Below, piece by piece: positions 1 to 8,853 of a DNA stretch of 64,000 bases. The number at the start of each line of letters is the position of its first letter. The stretch's first letter is position 1. The notes beneath the pieces are model-generated. The model saw only the letters and a list, made by a program, of their open reading frames with translations, made no database searches and was not told the origin of the DNA. Location: contig OZ244799.1 of the NCBI GenBank assembly GCA_965219955.1, positions 800,001 through 864,000 of the forward strand, in the 5' to 3' direction. The translations under genes were made by a program, and so were the position numbers. Origin of the DNA: a bacterium. GTDB taxonomy: Bacteria > UBA8248.

Positions 1-1
1 C

Positions 2-874
2 ATCGCCATCATCAGTCCCGGAGAGTTGGGAAGCGCCGTAGGCGGCGTTCTGAAAGAACACGGATTGGGCGCCGTCGCCTGCCTCTCGGGACGCAGCGCG
101 CTCACGCGGGAGCGGGCCCTGGCGGCGGGATTCCGGGATGTTCCGACGCTGGAAGTTTTATTGGAAGAAGCGGACCTCGTGCTCTCCATCATGCCGCCCG
201 CCGACGCGGTGGAGATGGCCAGGGAGGTCGCGGCGGCCATGGAAGCCACCGGCCACCGTCCGGTTTATGTCGATTGCAACGCCATATCGCCCGACTCCAG
301 CCGCCGGGCCGGGAAAATCATCACGGGAGCCGGGGGGGTGTATATCGACGGCGGGATCATCGTCGGTCCGCCGCCCTGGGAGGGGAGGGTTCCGGTTTTC
401 TATGTCAGCGGCGAATGCACCGACCCGATGACGCAACTGGAGGGGAAAGGGATCTCCGTGCGCGTGGTCGGGAGCGAGATCGGCCGCGCATCGGGCCTCA
501 AGATGTGCTCCGCCGCGCTGAGAAAAGGGACACTCGCGCTGCAAACCGCCGTTCTGATCGCCGCCGAGGCGATGGGACTGACCGAGGAATTCGAAAAAGA
601 GATGCTCGGCAGCCGCGAGGCCCTTTACCGCCAGATGGAATCGGGAACGCGGCGCCTCCCCTCCGTGGCGGCGAGGTACGTCGGCGAGATGGAGGAGATT
701 GCCGCGGCCTTCTCGTCCGTGGGCGTCACGCCGAAGTTTCATCAAGGCGCGTATGAGGTCTACCGGCTCCTCGCCGGGACGCCGTACGCCTGCGAGACCC
801 CGGAAACGATAGACGGCGGACGAACCCTGAAGCAGGCGGCGCAGACCTATGCGAATCATTTGCCGATGAAATGA
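2..874 (+). CDS. NAD(P)-dependent oxidoreductase, 6-phosphogluconate/3-hydroxyisobutyrate dehydrogenase-like with DUF1932-type C-terminus (5'-truncated)
   Basis: The frame is open from base 2 (IAIISPGELGSAVG, a Rossmann-type start), so the true start lies upstream of the window. Motifs VDCNAISP, DGGI and ASGLKMC are present. Confidence 0.8.
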   Translation: MAIISPGELGSAVGGVLKEHGLGAVACLSGRSALTRERALAAGFRDVPTLEVLLEEADLVLSIMPPADAVEMAREVAAAMEATGHRPVYVDCNAISPDSSRRAGKIITGAGGVYIDGGIIVGPPPWEGRVPVFYVSGECTDPMTQLEGKGISVRVVGSEIGRASGLKMCSAALRKGTLALQTAVLIAAEAMGLTEEFEKEMLGSREALYRQMESGTRRLPSVAARYVGEMEEIAAAFSSVGVTPKFHQGAYEVYRLLAGTPYACETPETIDGGRTLKQAAQTYANHLPMK

Positions 875-1049
875 TGGTGGCTGGGCGCAGGAGGGCCATT
901 CCTGTCGGCGCTCCCGTCCCGGATGAGCATCCTTTGTCGATCGCTCGCGTCAACTCCTCGCCGGGCGGCATCGCTTTTGCCCCCCTGTCATGGAGGGCAA
1001 GCCGGGGGAGGGCGAGTGAAGTATGGTTCCCTCCGACCCCCCTGGTAAA

Positions 1050-1494
1050 GGGCTGTTGAAAAAGTCATCCTTCGTCGGAATGACGATCAAGAACAAAGGG
1101 AGGAAACCGAGCGGGCGGACACGCAGGTCCGCCCCTGCGCGTCAAACCCTCGTTCATCAGGGCTTTCTCAAGGGGTAGAGGAGACACCCCTCCCCGACTG
1201 GAAAACCAACCCCCCTACTCCCCCTTGTCAGGGGAGTAAAAAAGGCGATGCGCCCCCGCCGGGCTGAGGAGGGTTTTGATTTTTCTTGCCCCCCTGACAA
1301 GGGGGGGTAGGGGGGGTGCCTTTCAACAAATGAGAGGGCAATCGAACCGGCCGAGGAGGCGCCGTTCCGTAGGGACAGGCCTCCGTGCCTGTCCTGATTC
1401 GAGCCATCCTGCAAAAGGACAACCACGGAGGGCAGGACAACCCCAAACCTACTACAACCGCAACACCGACTGGCGAGGGCTTTTCCAACAGCCC
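1050..1494. mobile_element. Non-autonomous MITE-like/REP mosaic element
   Basis: Terminal inverted repeats GGGCTGTTGAAAAAG (1050-1064) and CTTTTCCAACAGCCC (1480-1494), 1 mismatch. Interior has a ~35-bp inverted repeat (1209-1243/1281-1317) and GTAG-type REP-like hairpins (1113-1138, 1369-1394). No credible CDS. Confidence 0.6.
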
Positions 1495-1702
1495 CTTGCT
1501 GGCCGGATCTGGTTCCGCGCATTTGCCCGCATTTGCCGTGAGAGGTTTTTGGGGGCGCGGGCGTATGGTGCGGCTGCCTCCCGGCGCCCCGGGCGGAGGC
1601 GTCGCCCGGAAGACCTCCGGCGGGCCGGGCGGGCGATGGCCGTGTTCGCGGGCCGGCCATCCGGGGCATGCAGAACCTCCCTGCGGAATTTCCGAAAAAT
1701 TC

Positions 1703-1764
1703 GATAAAATCAGATAAAATCAGATAAATTCACGGGGTATTTCGATAAATTGACGGGGTATTTC
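1703..1764. repeat. Phased AT-rich tandem and direct repeats
   Basis: GATAAAATCA x2 plus GATAAATTCA (10-bp period). The third unit also begins a 21-bp direct repeat GATAAATT[C/G]ACGGGGTATTTC at 1723-1743 and 1744-1764. Confidence 0.8.
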
Positions 1765-1969
1765 CGGCAAGTAAATGAATGCCCGCATGTCCTCGAAAAA
1801 ACATCATATATCCATTTCAATAAATTGTTTTATAAGGGGATACGAAGTTATGTCATGAGCCGTAAGCGCAAGGCTGGCCCGGAGGGCCTCTCTCGCGTAT
1901 GATGTCTCGCGCAGGGCTTTTGATCAGGCGTAACATATTGAATAATCAATCTTTGGGGGATTTCAGGCC

Positions 1970-2776
1970 ATGCTCGAGGGCAAGAAGATCATCGTAACGG
2001 GAGGGGGAAGCGGCATCGGCCGCGCCACGTGCGTTCTCGCCGCCGCCGAGGGCGCCGACGTCGCCGTGGCCGACATCAACTCCGAAACCGCCGCCGAGAC
2101 GGTCTCGATGGTTGAAAAACAAGGGGGTAGGGCGATCCTGATCGAGATGGACACCTCGAAAAAAGCGGATGCCGAGCGCATGACGGCCGAAGCCCTGGAC
2201 GCCTTCGGGACGATAGACGGCCTCGTCTGCTGCGCGATCAAGCTCGTGCCCGGAAAGCTCGAAGACCTGCCCGAGGCCGACTGGGACATGGTGATGGACA
2301 TCGGGCTCAAGGGCTATTTCCTCTGCGCGCAGGCGGCGGGAAGGGTAATGCTCGAGAAGGGCGCCGGTTCCATCGTCTTCGTCTCCTCCATCGGCGGGAT
2401 GCAGACCTACCCCCTCGCGGGCGCCTACAGCGTATGCAAGGCGGGGGCCATCATGCTCAGCAAGCTGTTCGGCGTGGAGTGGGGCGATCGCGGCGTTCGC
2501 GCGAACACCGTCTCCCCGGGCCAGGTGCGCACCCCGATGACCGAAGCCATGTTCCAGGACCCCGAAATCGCGGCGGGCCGCGCCGCCGTGGTGCCGATGG
2601 GCCGCGTGGCCACGCCCGAGGATATCGCGGAAGGATGCGTGTTCCTGCTCTCGGATCGGGCGAGGTACGTCACCGCGGCGAACCTGCCCATCGACGGCGG
2701 GCAGGTGGAGAGCAAGATGATTCATACGCCCGGCAGGAACTGGGGCGGCAGGAAAATAGCGTATAAAACGAATTGA
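1970..2776 (+). CDS. SDR family NAD(P)-dependent oxidoreductase
   Basis: TGGGSGIG, SS, YSVCK, VSPG and IDGG motifs. Confidence 0.93.
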   Translation: MLEGKKIIVTGGGSGIGRATCVLAAAEGADVAVADINSETAAETVSMVEKQGGRAILIEMDTSKKADAERMTAEALDAFGTIDGLVCCAIKLVPGKLEDLPEADWDMVMDIGLKGYFLCAQAAGRVMLEKGAGSIVFVSSIGGMQTYPLAGAYSVCKAGAIMLSKLFGVEWGDRGVRANTVSPGQVRTPMTEAMFQDPEIAAGRAAVVPMGRVATPEDIAEGCVFLLSDRARYVTAANLPIDGGQVESKMIHTPGRNWGGRKIAYKTN

Positions 2777-2791
2777 GAGAGGAGGTTCCAG

Positions 2792-3571
2792 ATGGGCCGT
2801 TTCGATGGAAATGTGTGCATCGTCGCCGGGGGCGCCCGGGGCATCGGCGAAAAGACGTGTGAGATGTATGTGGAACAGGGCGGCCGCGTGCTCATCGGCG
2901 ACGTGAACGAGGAGTTGGGCCTCGAACTCGAGGGCAGGCTCGGCAAGGATAAGGCGGTGTTTCAGCGGCTCGACGTGTCGGATGAGGGCTCCTGCCAGGC
3001 GGCTGTTGAGCGTGCGGTGGGCGAGTTCGGCGGCCTGGACCACCTCGTGAACTGCGCCATCAGGATGGACCCCGCCCCGCTGGTCGATCTGCCTCTGGCG
3101 AGCTGGAAAATGGTGGTGGACGTGGGCCTTACGGGCATGTTCCTGATGTGCCAGGCGGCTGGCCGCTGGCTGATCGAGAACGAAAGGCCGGGCGTCATGG
3201 TGAATCTGTCGTCGAACGCCGGGATTCAGCCTTACGGGATGTCGGGTGCTTACAGCACGGTGAAGGCGGGCATCATCATGCTCTCCAAGCAATTGGGCAT
3301 CGAATGGGCGCGCAAGGGAATTCGCGTGAACGCCGTATGCCCCGGCCATACGGAAACGCCGCTGACTGCTTACTTACAAGACCCCGAGATCAAAAAGGGC
3401 AGAAGCGACGTGACGCCGCTCGGCCGCGTGGGCCAGCCGGTGGATATCGCACACGGCATCTTGTTCCTGCTGTCCGAGGAATCAGACTGGATCACGGCTT
3501 CGCGCCTCGACATCGACGGCGGCATACTGAACAGCGTCTACAACCACATGCCGGGCAGGAAATGGGACTGA
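2792..3571 (+). CDS. SDR family NAD(P)-dependent oxidoreductase (paralog of the upstream gene)
   Basis: AGGARGIG, SS, YSTVK, VCPG and IDGG motifs; RBS GGAGG. Confidence 0.93.
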   Translation: MGRFDGNVCIVAGGARGIGEKTCEMYVEQGGRVLIGDVNEELGLELEGRLGKDKAVFQRLDVSDEGSCQAAVERAVGEFGGLDHLVNCAIRMDPAPLVDLPLASWKMVVDVGLTGMFLMCQAAGRWLIENERPGVMVNLSSNAGIQPYGMSGAYSTVKAGIIMLSKQLGIEWARKGIRVNAVCPGHTETPLTAYLQDPEIKKGRSDVTPLGRVGQPVDIAHGILFLLSEESDWITASRLDIDGGILNSVYNHMPGRKWD

Positions 3572-3648
3572 AAACGGGTGATTGAGAAATTGAACACGCC
3601 CTGCTAGGCTATTCCCGTTGTTTCGACCGCCCCTGCTTCGAGGCCGCA

Positions 3649-4080
3649 TTGAAAACAGCGCCATACTTGTTTCGTCCCGTCTATTGTCTCTCGGTCGTCG
3701 TTGCGGGCGCATTCATTGCGCTTGCCCCCGCTTCGTTTACGCCCGTCGCCCGTGGCGCGGTGGGAGTCTCCGCCGTCACCGCCGCCCTCGTTTTGAGTCC
3801 AACCATTGCGGAAGCCAGACGTTTCGGCGGGGGCCGTTCGTTCGGCGGATTCGGGCGGATGCGTTCTTTCGGCGCGCGTTCATTTTCGAGACAAAGCTAT
3901 GGACGGGGCTACAGCCGGGGGTTCGCCGGTCGGCGCGGTTTGGGCGGTTTCGGCATGGGCATGGGTTTGGGCATGCTGGGAGGATGGGGATTCGGCGGGC
4001 TGGGTCTTTTCGGTCTGGGCCGGATGCTCCTCTTTCCTCTCATTTTGATTTTCATCATGAGAATGATGTCTCGACGTTGA
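3649..4080 (+). CDS. Gly/Arg-rich low-complexity membrane protein
   Basis: Hydrophobic N-terminus ending in AEA, then RRFGGGRSFGG, a Gly-rich tract and a C-terminal TM helix. Start codon uncertain. Confidence 0.65.
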   Translation: MKTAPYLFRPVYCLSVVVAGAFIALAPASFTPVARGAVGVSAVTAALVLSPTIAEARRFGGGRSFGGFGRMRSFGARSFSRQSYGRGYSRGFAGRRGLGGFGMGMGLGMLGGWGFGGLGLFGLGRMLLFPLILIFIMRMMSRR

Positions 4081-4112
4081 AATTTTCCTTCACTGAACAA
4101 GGAGTTTCCCGC

Positions 4113-4394
4113 ATGAAAAAGATCGCGATTGCAGCAGCATTGAGCCTGATGACGCCCACTGTGGCCCTCGCCCAGGGGATGCCTCGTATGGGGATCGGCA
4201 CGGGTCTGTTTCTCTCGATCGTATATGGCCTGGTCGGTATCGCTTTGCTGATGATCGGGTACAAGATTTTCGAGTGGATCACGCCATTCTCGGTAAACGA
4301 TGCGCTATCGAAAGATCAAAACAGGGCTGTCGGTATCGTCGTGGGTGCGATATTCGTCGGCGTGGCGCTCATCGTGGCGGCGGCGTTGGGATAG
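4113..4394 (+). CDS. DUF350-like small membrane protein
   Basis: RBS AAGGAG then ATG at 4113. YGLVG...KIFEWITP...NRAVGIVVGAIFVGVALIVAAA is the DUF350 pattern. Confidence 0.8.
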   Translation: MKKIAIAAALSLMTPTVALAQGMPRMGIGTGLFLSIVYGLVGIALLMIGYKIFEWITPFSVNDALSKDQNRAVGIVVGAIFVGVALIVAAALG

Positions 4395-4460
4395 TCGGGG
4401 ATAAGTATTTCGGCCTTTGCGTCGAGAGCCTGAGGCCATGCGTGAAGAAACGGGCCTGAC

Positions 4461-5165
4461 GTGATGATTCCACTCAAGGAAAAAGCGGATTTCAAGGTAT
4501 CACTCGCGGATCCGCTTTTTTTCTCTTTGCAGGGAGAGGGCGCGACCATCGGACGCCCCTCAATCTTCATTCGCTTGATGGGCTGCTCGGTGGGCTGCGT
4601 TTGGTGTGATACGAAGTATTCCTGGTCCGGGCCTCCGGTGGAAGAAGTTACGATCGCGGAAATTCTGGATTTTTGTCGGGGACACGAAGATGCCCAGGTG
4701 GTGGTGACGGGGGGAGAGCCCCTCGAATCCCCGCAATTCCCAACGCTTATCGAGGCGCTTCATAATGCGGGTTTGAGGGTGGAGGTGGAAACGGCGGGCC
4801 ATGTTCCGCCGTCTGAAGACGTTCTCGAACGGGTGGATCAGTGGAATGTCTCGCCCAAGTTGAAATCGGCCCAAATCTCAGAGGAAAAACAGCCTGAAAC
4901 CCTGGACTGGCTGCGCCGAGCAAAGGAACCCTACCTCAAATTCGTGGTTCACCGCGCGGATGAACTCGATGAGGTCGAGAATGTCCTCGATAAGTATGGC
5001 CTTGGTGATTTCCCGCGAAGCCGCATCATCATCTCACCTGGGGGCAAGACGCGCGAGCAGATGGGACACAGATTGCTCCCTCTGGCGGAGGTTTCCATGG
5101 AGCGCGGCTATCGATTCACCCCCAGGCTTCACGTCATGCTGTGGGGGGACAAGCGCGGGGTCTAA
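4461..5165 (+). CDS. queE: 7-carboxy-7-deazaguanine synthase (radical SAM)
   Basis: FFSLQGEG, FIRLMGCSVGCVWCDT, TGGEP, VETAG, SPKL and RLHV motifs. Confidence 0.88.
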   Translation: MMIPLKEKADFKVSLADPLFFSLQGEGATIGRPSIFIRLMGCSVGCVWCDTKYSWSGPPVEEVTIAEILDFCRGHEDAQVVVTGGEPLESPQFPTLIEALHNAGLRVEVETAGHVPPSEDVLERVDQWNVSPKLKSAQISEEKQPETLDWLRRAKEPYLKFVVHRADELDEVENVLDKYGLGDFPRSRIIISPGGKTREQMGHRLLPLAEVSMERGYRFTPRLHVMLWGDKRGV

Positions 5166-5201
5166 CTACAGGCAACAGAGAATTCGATAGTATTCAGTGA
5201 C

Positions 5202-5240
5202 AAGAAAACGCCCCCCGGCGGCACCCGGAGGGCGTTCTTG
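5202..5240. terminator. Probable bidirectional intrinsic terminator
   Basis: Stem AACGCCCCCCGG / CCGGAGGGCGTT between convergent queE and AOR genes. Confidence 0.6.
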
Positions 5241-5255
5241 ATTTAGTTCAGGAAC

Positions 5256-7124
5256 TTAGGCGGGAAGGGCGATTCCTTCCTCCTCGGTGAGCCTGTCCCA
5301 ATTCGCTTCGGTTCGTTTTTTCAGCTCGTCCATGAACTCGCGCGTCATGAAACTGGGCATTTTGACGTTTTCATTCGCCCCTTCGTACACGCGGGAGGGC
5401 ACGTCGTATTCCTCATCGGTATAGCCCACTTTTTTCTCCAGCAAGCGCCCTCTGAGGTAAGAACGCCTGATAGCCTGGTTCACGTCTTCTTCGGTCAGCG
5501 AGACGCCGAACATGTCGTTCAGGCTGTCGACGATATTCTCGTTGGGCGCGCCTGCGAATTTGCAGGTGCCGATGAGGTCATCCCTCGTATAGTAGATGCC
5601 GTTCAGGATGGCGTTTTCCCAGTAATCGATGTCCGTTTGCTGACCATCGAGGATGAGGAGCAAGAACGTGCGCATGCTCATGTGGCCGCCTGCCAGCGCC
5701 CAGGGGTAGCCCGGGTTGGTTTCGGGCAGATAAGCGGGGTATTCAAGTCCCTTGCCCTGCATGGCGAAAGAGAGGTCGCCGCATTGCTGGGCCAGACGCA
5801 TGGTGCCTTGCGCCAGTTCTTCGCACTCGCCCGCCGCCGCTTTGCGGATCAATTCATCCATCTTTTTGGCGTCGCCGAAACGGATGTCATCGAGTACGGG
5901 TTTGTCCGGGTTTCGCTCGTTCCACTCCATGGCGTAGCTGATGGTGGCGCCCAGGCTGATGGCGTCGTAGCCCATGCGATCACCCAACTCCACGAGGTCC
6001 AGGGATTCTTCAGCATCATAGACGCCGCAGTTCGCCGTGATGAGGTCGAGCGGCTCATAGTCGAATTTGACCCTGAATTTCCCTTTCTTCGCCTTTCTTC
6101 CCTCGGCCGTTTCTCCCTCGGGCCTGTCGTATATGTTTTTGTGGCACGCGATGCCGCATTTGAAGCAGGACTCGTCCTTGATGACGTAGGGTTCTTCAAA
6201 GCTGCCGCGGTATAGCTGAACGGCGTCATCATTCCCCGGCGCCCAGAAGTTCCTCTCGGGCAGACAGCCCATGGGATGCAAACCAGCGATGTTTCGCCAG
6301 GTACCGCCGCCGCCATCGGCCTTATGGGCATCGCGGTAGTTTTTAGAGCCGGCGCCCCGGGAGATGACCTTGTTCGCCTCTTTGACGACGTTCGTGACGG
6401 CAGATTTGTCATCTGGAGCCTGCGCGACGATGGCGATGAGGTTCTTGGAACCCATCACGCCGCCGAAACCGCCGCGCCCGCAGAACCTCGGTTTGCATTC
6501 CCTCGTTTTGAGCTGGTTTTCCGTACTCAGGACGATGGACGCCATGCGGTTCGTCTCAAAGTTCTCCCCCGGAGGGCCGATGACGGCAAAGTGTGCGTCG
6601 TCGTATTCATCGGCAAGCGCCATCATCTTCTCGTGCGAATCCTGACCCAGAAGAGGCGAAGCGTCCACGAGTTCCAGGCTCGGCGGGCCGCCAAGGGTAT
6701 CGCTCTTGATCACCAGCGTGACGGGCTTCTCACTTCTTCCTGTGAAGATGATTTCGTCTATGCCCGCACAGGCCACCTTGGTTCCGAATTTACCGGAGCC
6801 TGCCGAATACATGGCCGAAGGCGCACCGGCGAGCGTGCTCTTGAGCGGGCTGTAGCCGCCAAAGAACGTCCTCAGCCCCGTCATGAGGTTCGTCCCAGAG
6901 AAACAGCCCAGCTCCATGACGAGAGGGGAGGAGGGGGCATAGGGGTCGGTTACGTCGTGGTGGGAGAGAATTTTGAAAATCCTGCCGATCCCGCCCAGAA
7001 AATCCTCCAAATCCTCGCAGGGTTTCTCTTCCACCGTGATGCTTCCACTGCTTAGATCAACGGTAGCGCTTCTGTACTTGTAATCGGTTGCAGAGTTGTT
7101 CCCGTTTTTGGCGTCTGTCCACAT
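5256..7124 (-). CDS. Aldehyde:ferredoxin oxidoreductase family protein (AOR family, usually tungstopterin)
   Basis: GRGGFGGVMGSKNL, CFKCGIAC, DYEP, GYDAISLG and KGLEYPAY motifs; 622 aa. Confidence 0.9.
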   Translation of the reverse strand: MWTDAKNGNNSATDYKYRSATVDLSSGSITVEEKPCEDLEDFLGGIGRIFKILSHHDVTDPYAPSSPLVMELGCFSGTNLMTGLRTFFGGYSPLKSTLAGAPSAMYSAGSGKFGTKVACAGIDEIIFTGRSEKPVTLVIKSDTLGGPPSLELVDASPLLGQDSHEKMMALADEYDDAHFAVIGPPGENFETNRMASIVLSTENQLKTRECKPRFCGRGGFGGVMGSKNLIAIVAQAPDDKSAVTNVVKEANKVISRGAGSKNYRDAHKADGGGGTWRNIAGLHPMGCLPERNFWAPGNDDAVQLYRGSFEEPYVIKDESCFKCGIACHKNIYDRPEGETAEGRKAKKGKFRVKFDYEPLDLITANCGVYDAEESLDLVELGDRMGYDAISLGATISYAMEWNERNPDKPVLDDIRFGDAKKMDELIRKAAAGECEELAQGTMRLAQQCGDLSFAMQGKGLEYPAYLPETNPGYPWALAGGHMSMRTFLLLILDGQQTDIDYWENAILNGIYYTRDDLIGTCKFAGAPNENIVDSLNDMFGVSLTEEDVNQAIRRSYLRGRLLEKKVGYTDEEYDVPSRVYEGANENVKMPSFMTREFMDELKKRTEANWDRLTEEEGIALPA

Positions 7125-7259
7125 TTTTTCAGCCTACCTCCGATGAAAATGCCACATGGGATTCTAAGGTCACATTATTTGCAAATGATTGTTTTTCTCA
7201 GTCCGTGATTATTCCGTGTTTTACCTGGTTGGGCAAGCGGACGGGCGTTGTGAAACTGT

Positions 7260-8846
7260 TTAGAAAGCCACGGGTTCTTGAAATTCTCCAAAAACGCCGC
7301 GCAGCACATCCGTTATCTCCCCGATGGTGGCATATGCTTCTGCCGCCTCGGAAATTGGCTCCATGAGGTTCTCATTGCCCCTGGCGGCATCTTCGAGGCG
7401 CTCAAGACTCAGTTCCACCTGTGATGCGTCTCGCTCTTTCTTCAGCTTTTTCAGTTGTTCCTTCTGGCGCTCTTCAAGTTCTGAGTCAATTGTGAATATC
7501 TCTTGGGCGGGAGGCTCCTCACGCGCATATTTGTTCACGCCGACGATGGTCTGTTCTTGTGCATCCACAGCCTTTTGCCAGCGGAACGCGCTCTCTGCCA
7601 CCCACTTTTGCACTACGCCCCGTTGAATACACTCGACCATACCGCCGCGCTCTTCCACGTTTTCGATAATCTGCGCCATCCCGTCTTCCATGCGGCCAGT
7701 CAAATTTTCCAGGTAATATGAACCACCAAAAGGGTCCGCCACGTCGGGTACGCCGCTTTCATGAGCGATGATCTGCTGGGTGCGCAGGGCAAGCAGGGCG
7801 CTTTCCTCGGTTGGCAACGCAAGCGCTTCGTCGTAAGCGCAAGTGAAGATGGTTTGAGCGCCTCCGAGTACTGCGGACAGCGCCTCATAGGTGACACGGA
7901 CGATATTGTTTTCGGGTTCCTGCGCGGTGAGCGTGCTGCCGCCGCAAACGACGCCGAAACGAAATAGCCAGCTTCTCTCGTTTTTGGCGCCAAAGCGCTC
8001 GCGCATGAGTTTGGCCCAAAGCGTCCGCATGGCTCTGTATTTGGCGATTTCTTCGAAAAAATCCATGTGGGTGTAAAAATAAAAACTGAGCCGGGGGGCA
8101 AACTCGTCGATATCAAGACCGCGCTCCAGGCATCTTTCCACGTAGACGACAGCGTCCGCGAGGGTAAGGCCGCCTTCCTGGACGGCGGTTGCGCCGGCAT
8201 CCCTGAAATGAGCGCCCGCAGCGCTGATGGTGTTGAACCTGGGCGTGTTTTTCACGCCATATTCGACAGTATCGACGATCAGCCTCAGGGATGGCTCAGG
8301 CGGGAAAATCCAAGTACCGCGGGAAACGTATTCTTTCAGGATGTCGTTCTGGATGGTGCCGGTCAGTTGAGCGGGTGGAACGCCTTGTTTTTTCCCCACC
8401 GCAACGTACATGGCATAGAGGATGGCGGCGGTTGAGTTGATGGTGAAGGACGTGCTGATCTTATCAAGCGGGATGCCTTGAAAGATGGTTTCCATGTCCG
8501 CCAGTGAGTCGATGGCTACGCCGACTTTGCCGACTTCACCGGCTGATTTTTCATTGTCGCTGTCGAGTCCAAGTTGCGTCGGGAGGTCGAGAGCGACGGA
8601 AAGCCCGGTGTTTCCCTCGTCAAGCAGAAAGCGGTATCGCTGGTTCGTTTCTTCGGCGGTCCCGAAACCCGAATACTGGCGCATCGTCCACAAACGTTTT
8701 CTGTACATCTCGGGGTGAATGCCGCGCGTGAGAGGGTATTCGCCTGGTTTCCCAGGGTCATAGTTCCGAGGCATATCTCCCGGGCCGTAGGTGCTTTCAA
8801 CGGCGAGGCCTGAGCGTGTTTTCAACTGTGGATGTTCATTAGTCAT
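7260..8846 (-). CDS. B12-dependent acyl-CoA mutase, large (substrate-binding) subunit, divergent
   Basis: [44 protein letters not shown] and DPFGGSY motifs. No C-terminal DxHxxG B12 domain. Start taken at MTNEHPQ. Confidence 0.9.
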   Translation of the reverse strand: MTNEHPQLKTRSGLAVESTYGPGDMPRNYDPGKPGEYPLTRGIHPEMYRKRLWTMRQYSGFGTAEETNQRYRFLLDEGNTGLSVALDLPTQLGLDSDNEKSAGEVGKVGVAIDSLADMETIFQGIPLDKISTSFTINSTAAILYAMYVAVGKKQGVPPAQLTGTIQNDILKEYVSRGTWIFPPEPSLRLIVDTVEYGVKNTPRFNTISAAGAHFRDAGATAVQEGGLTLADAVVYVERCLERGLDIDEFAPRLSFYFYTHMDFFEEIAKYRAMRTLWAKLMRERFGAKNERSWLFRFGVVCGGSTLTAQEPENNIVRVTYEALSAVLGGAQTIFTCAYDEALALPTEESALLALRTQQIIAHESGVPDVADPFGGSYYLENLTGRMEDGMAQIIENVEERGGMVECIQRGVVQKWVAESAFRWQKAVDAQEQTIVGVNKYAREEPPAQEIFTIDSELEERQKEQLKKLKKERDASQVELSLERLEDAARGNENLMEPISEAAEAYATIGEITDVLRGVFGEFQEPVAF

Positions 8847-8853
8847 TTCGCGG

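Noticed and set aside
871-1717. Small ORFs in the 875-1960 intergenic region
   Set aside because: They are translations of repeat and palindrome DNA (PPYPPLSGG-type) with no RBS or domain signal.
1703-1764. CRISPR array or replication origin
   Set aside because: The repeats are contiguous with no unique spacers. There are no cas, dnaA or rep genes and no clear DnaA boxes.
3618-4112. 258-aa N-terminally extended version of the DUF350 ORF
   Set aside because: The extension overlaps the Gly-rich gene in another frame, and a strong RBS supports ATG 4113.
4461-5165. queE as part of a 7-deazaguanine DNA-modification (dpd) defence island
   Set aside because: No dpdA/tgt, queC, queD or folE neighbours; a stand-alone queE is ordinary.
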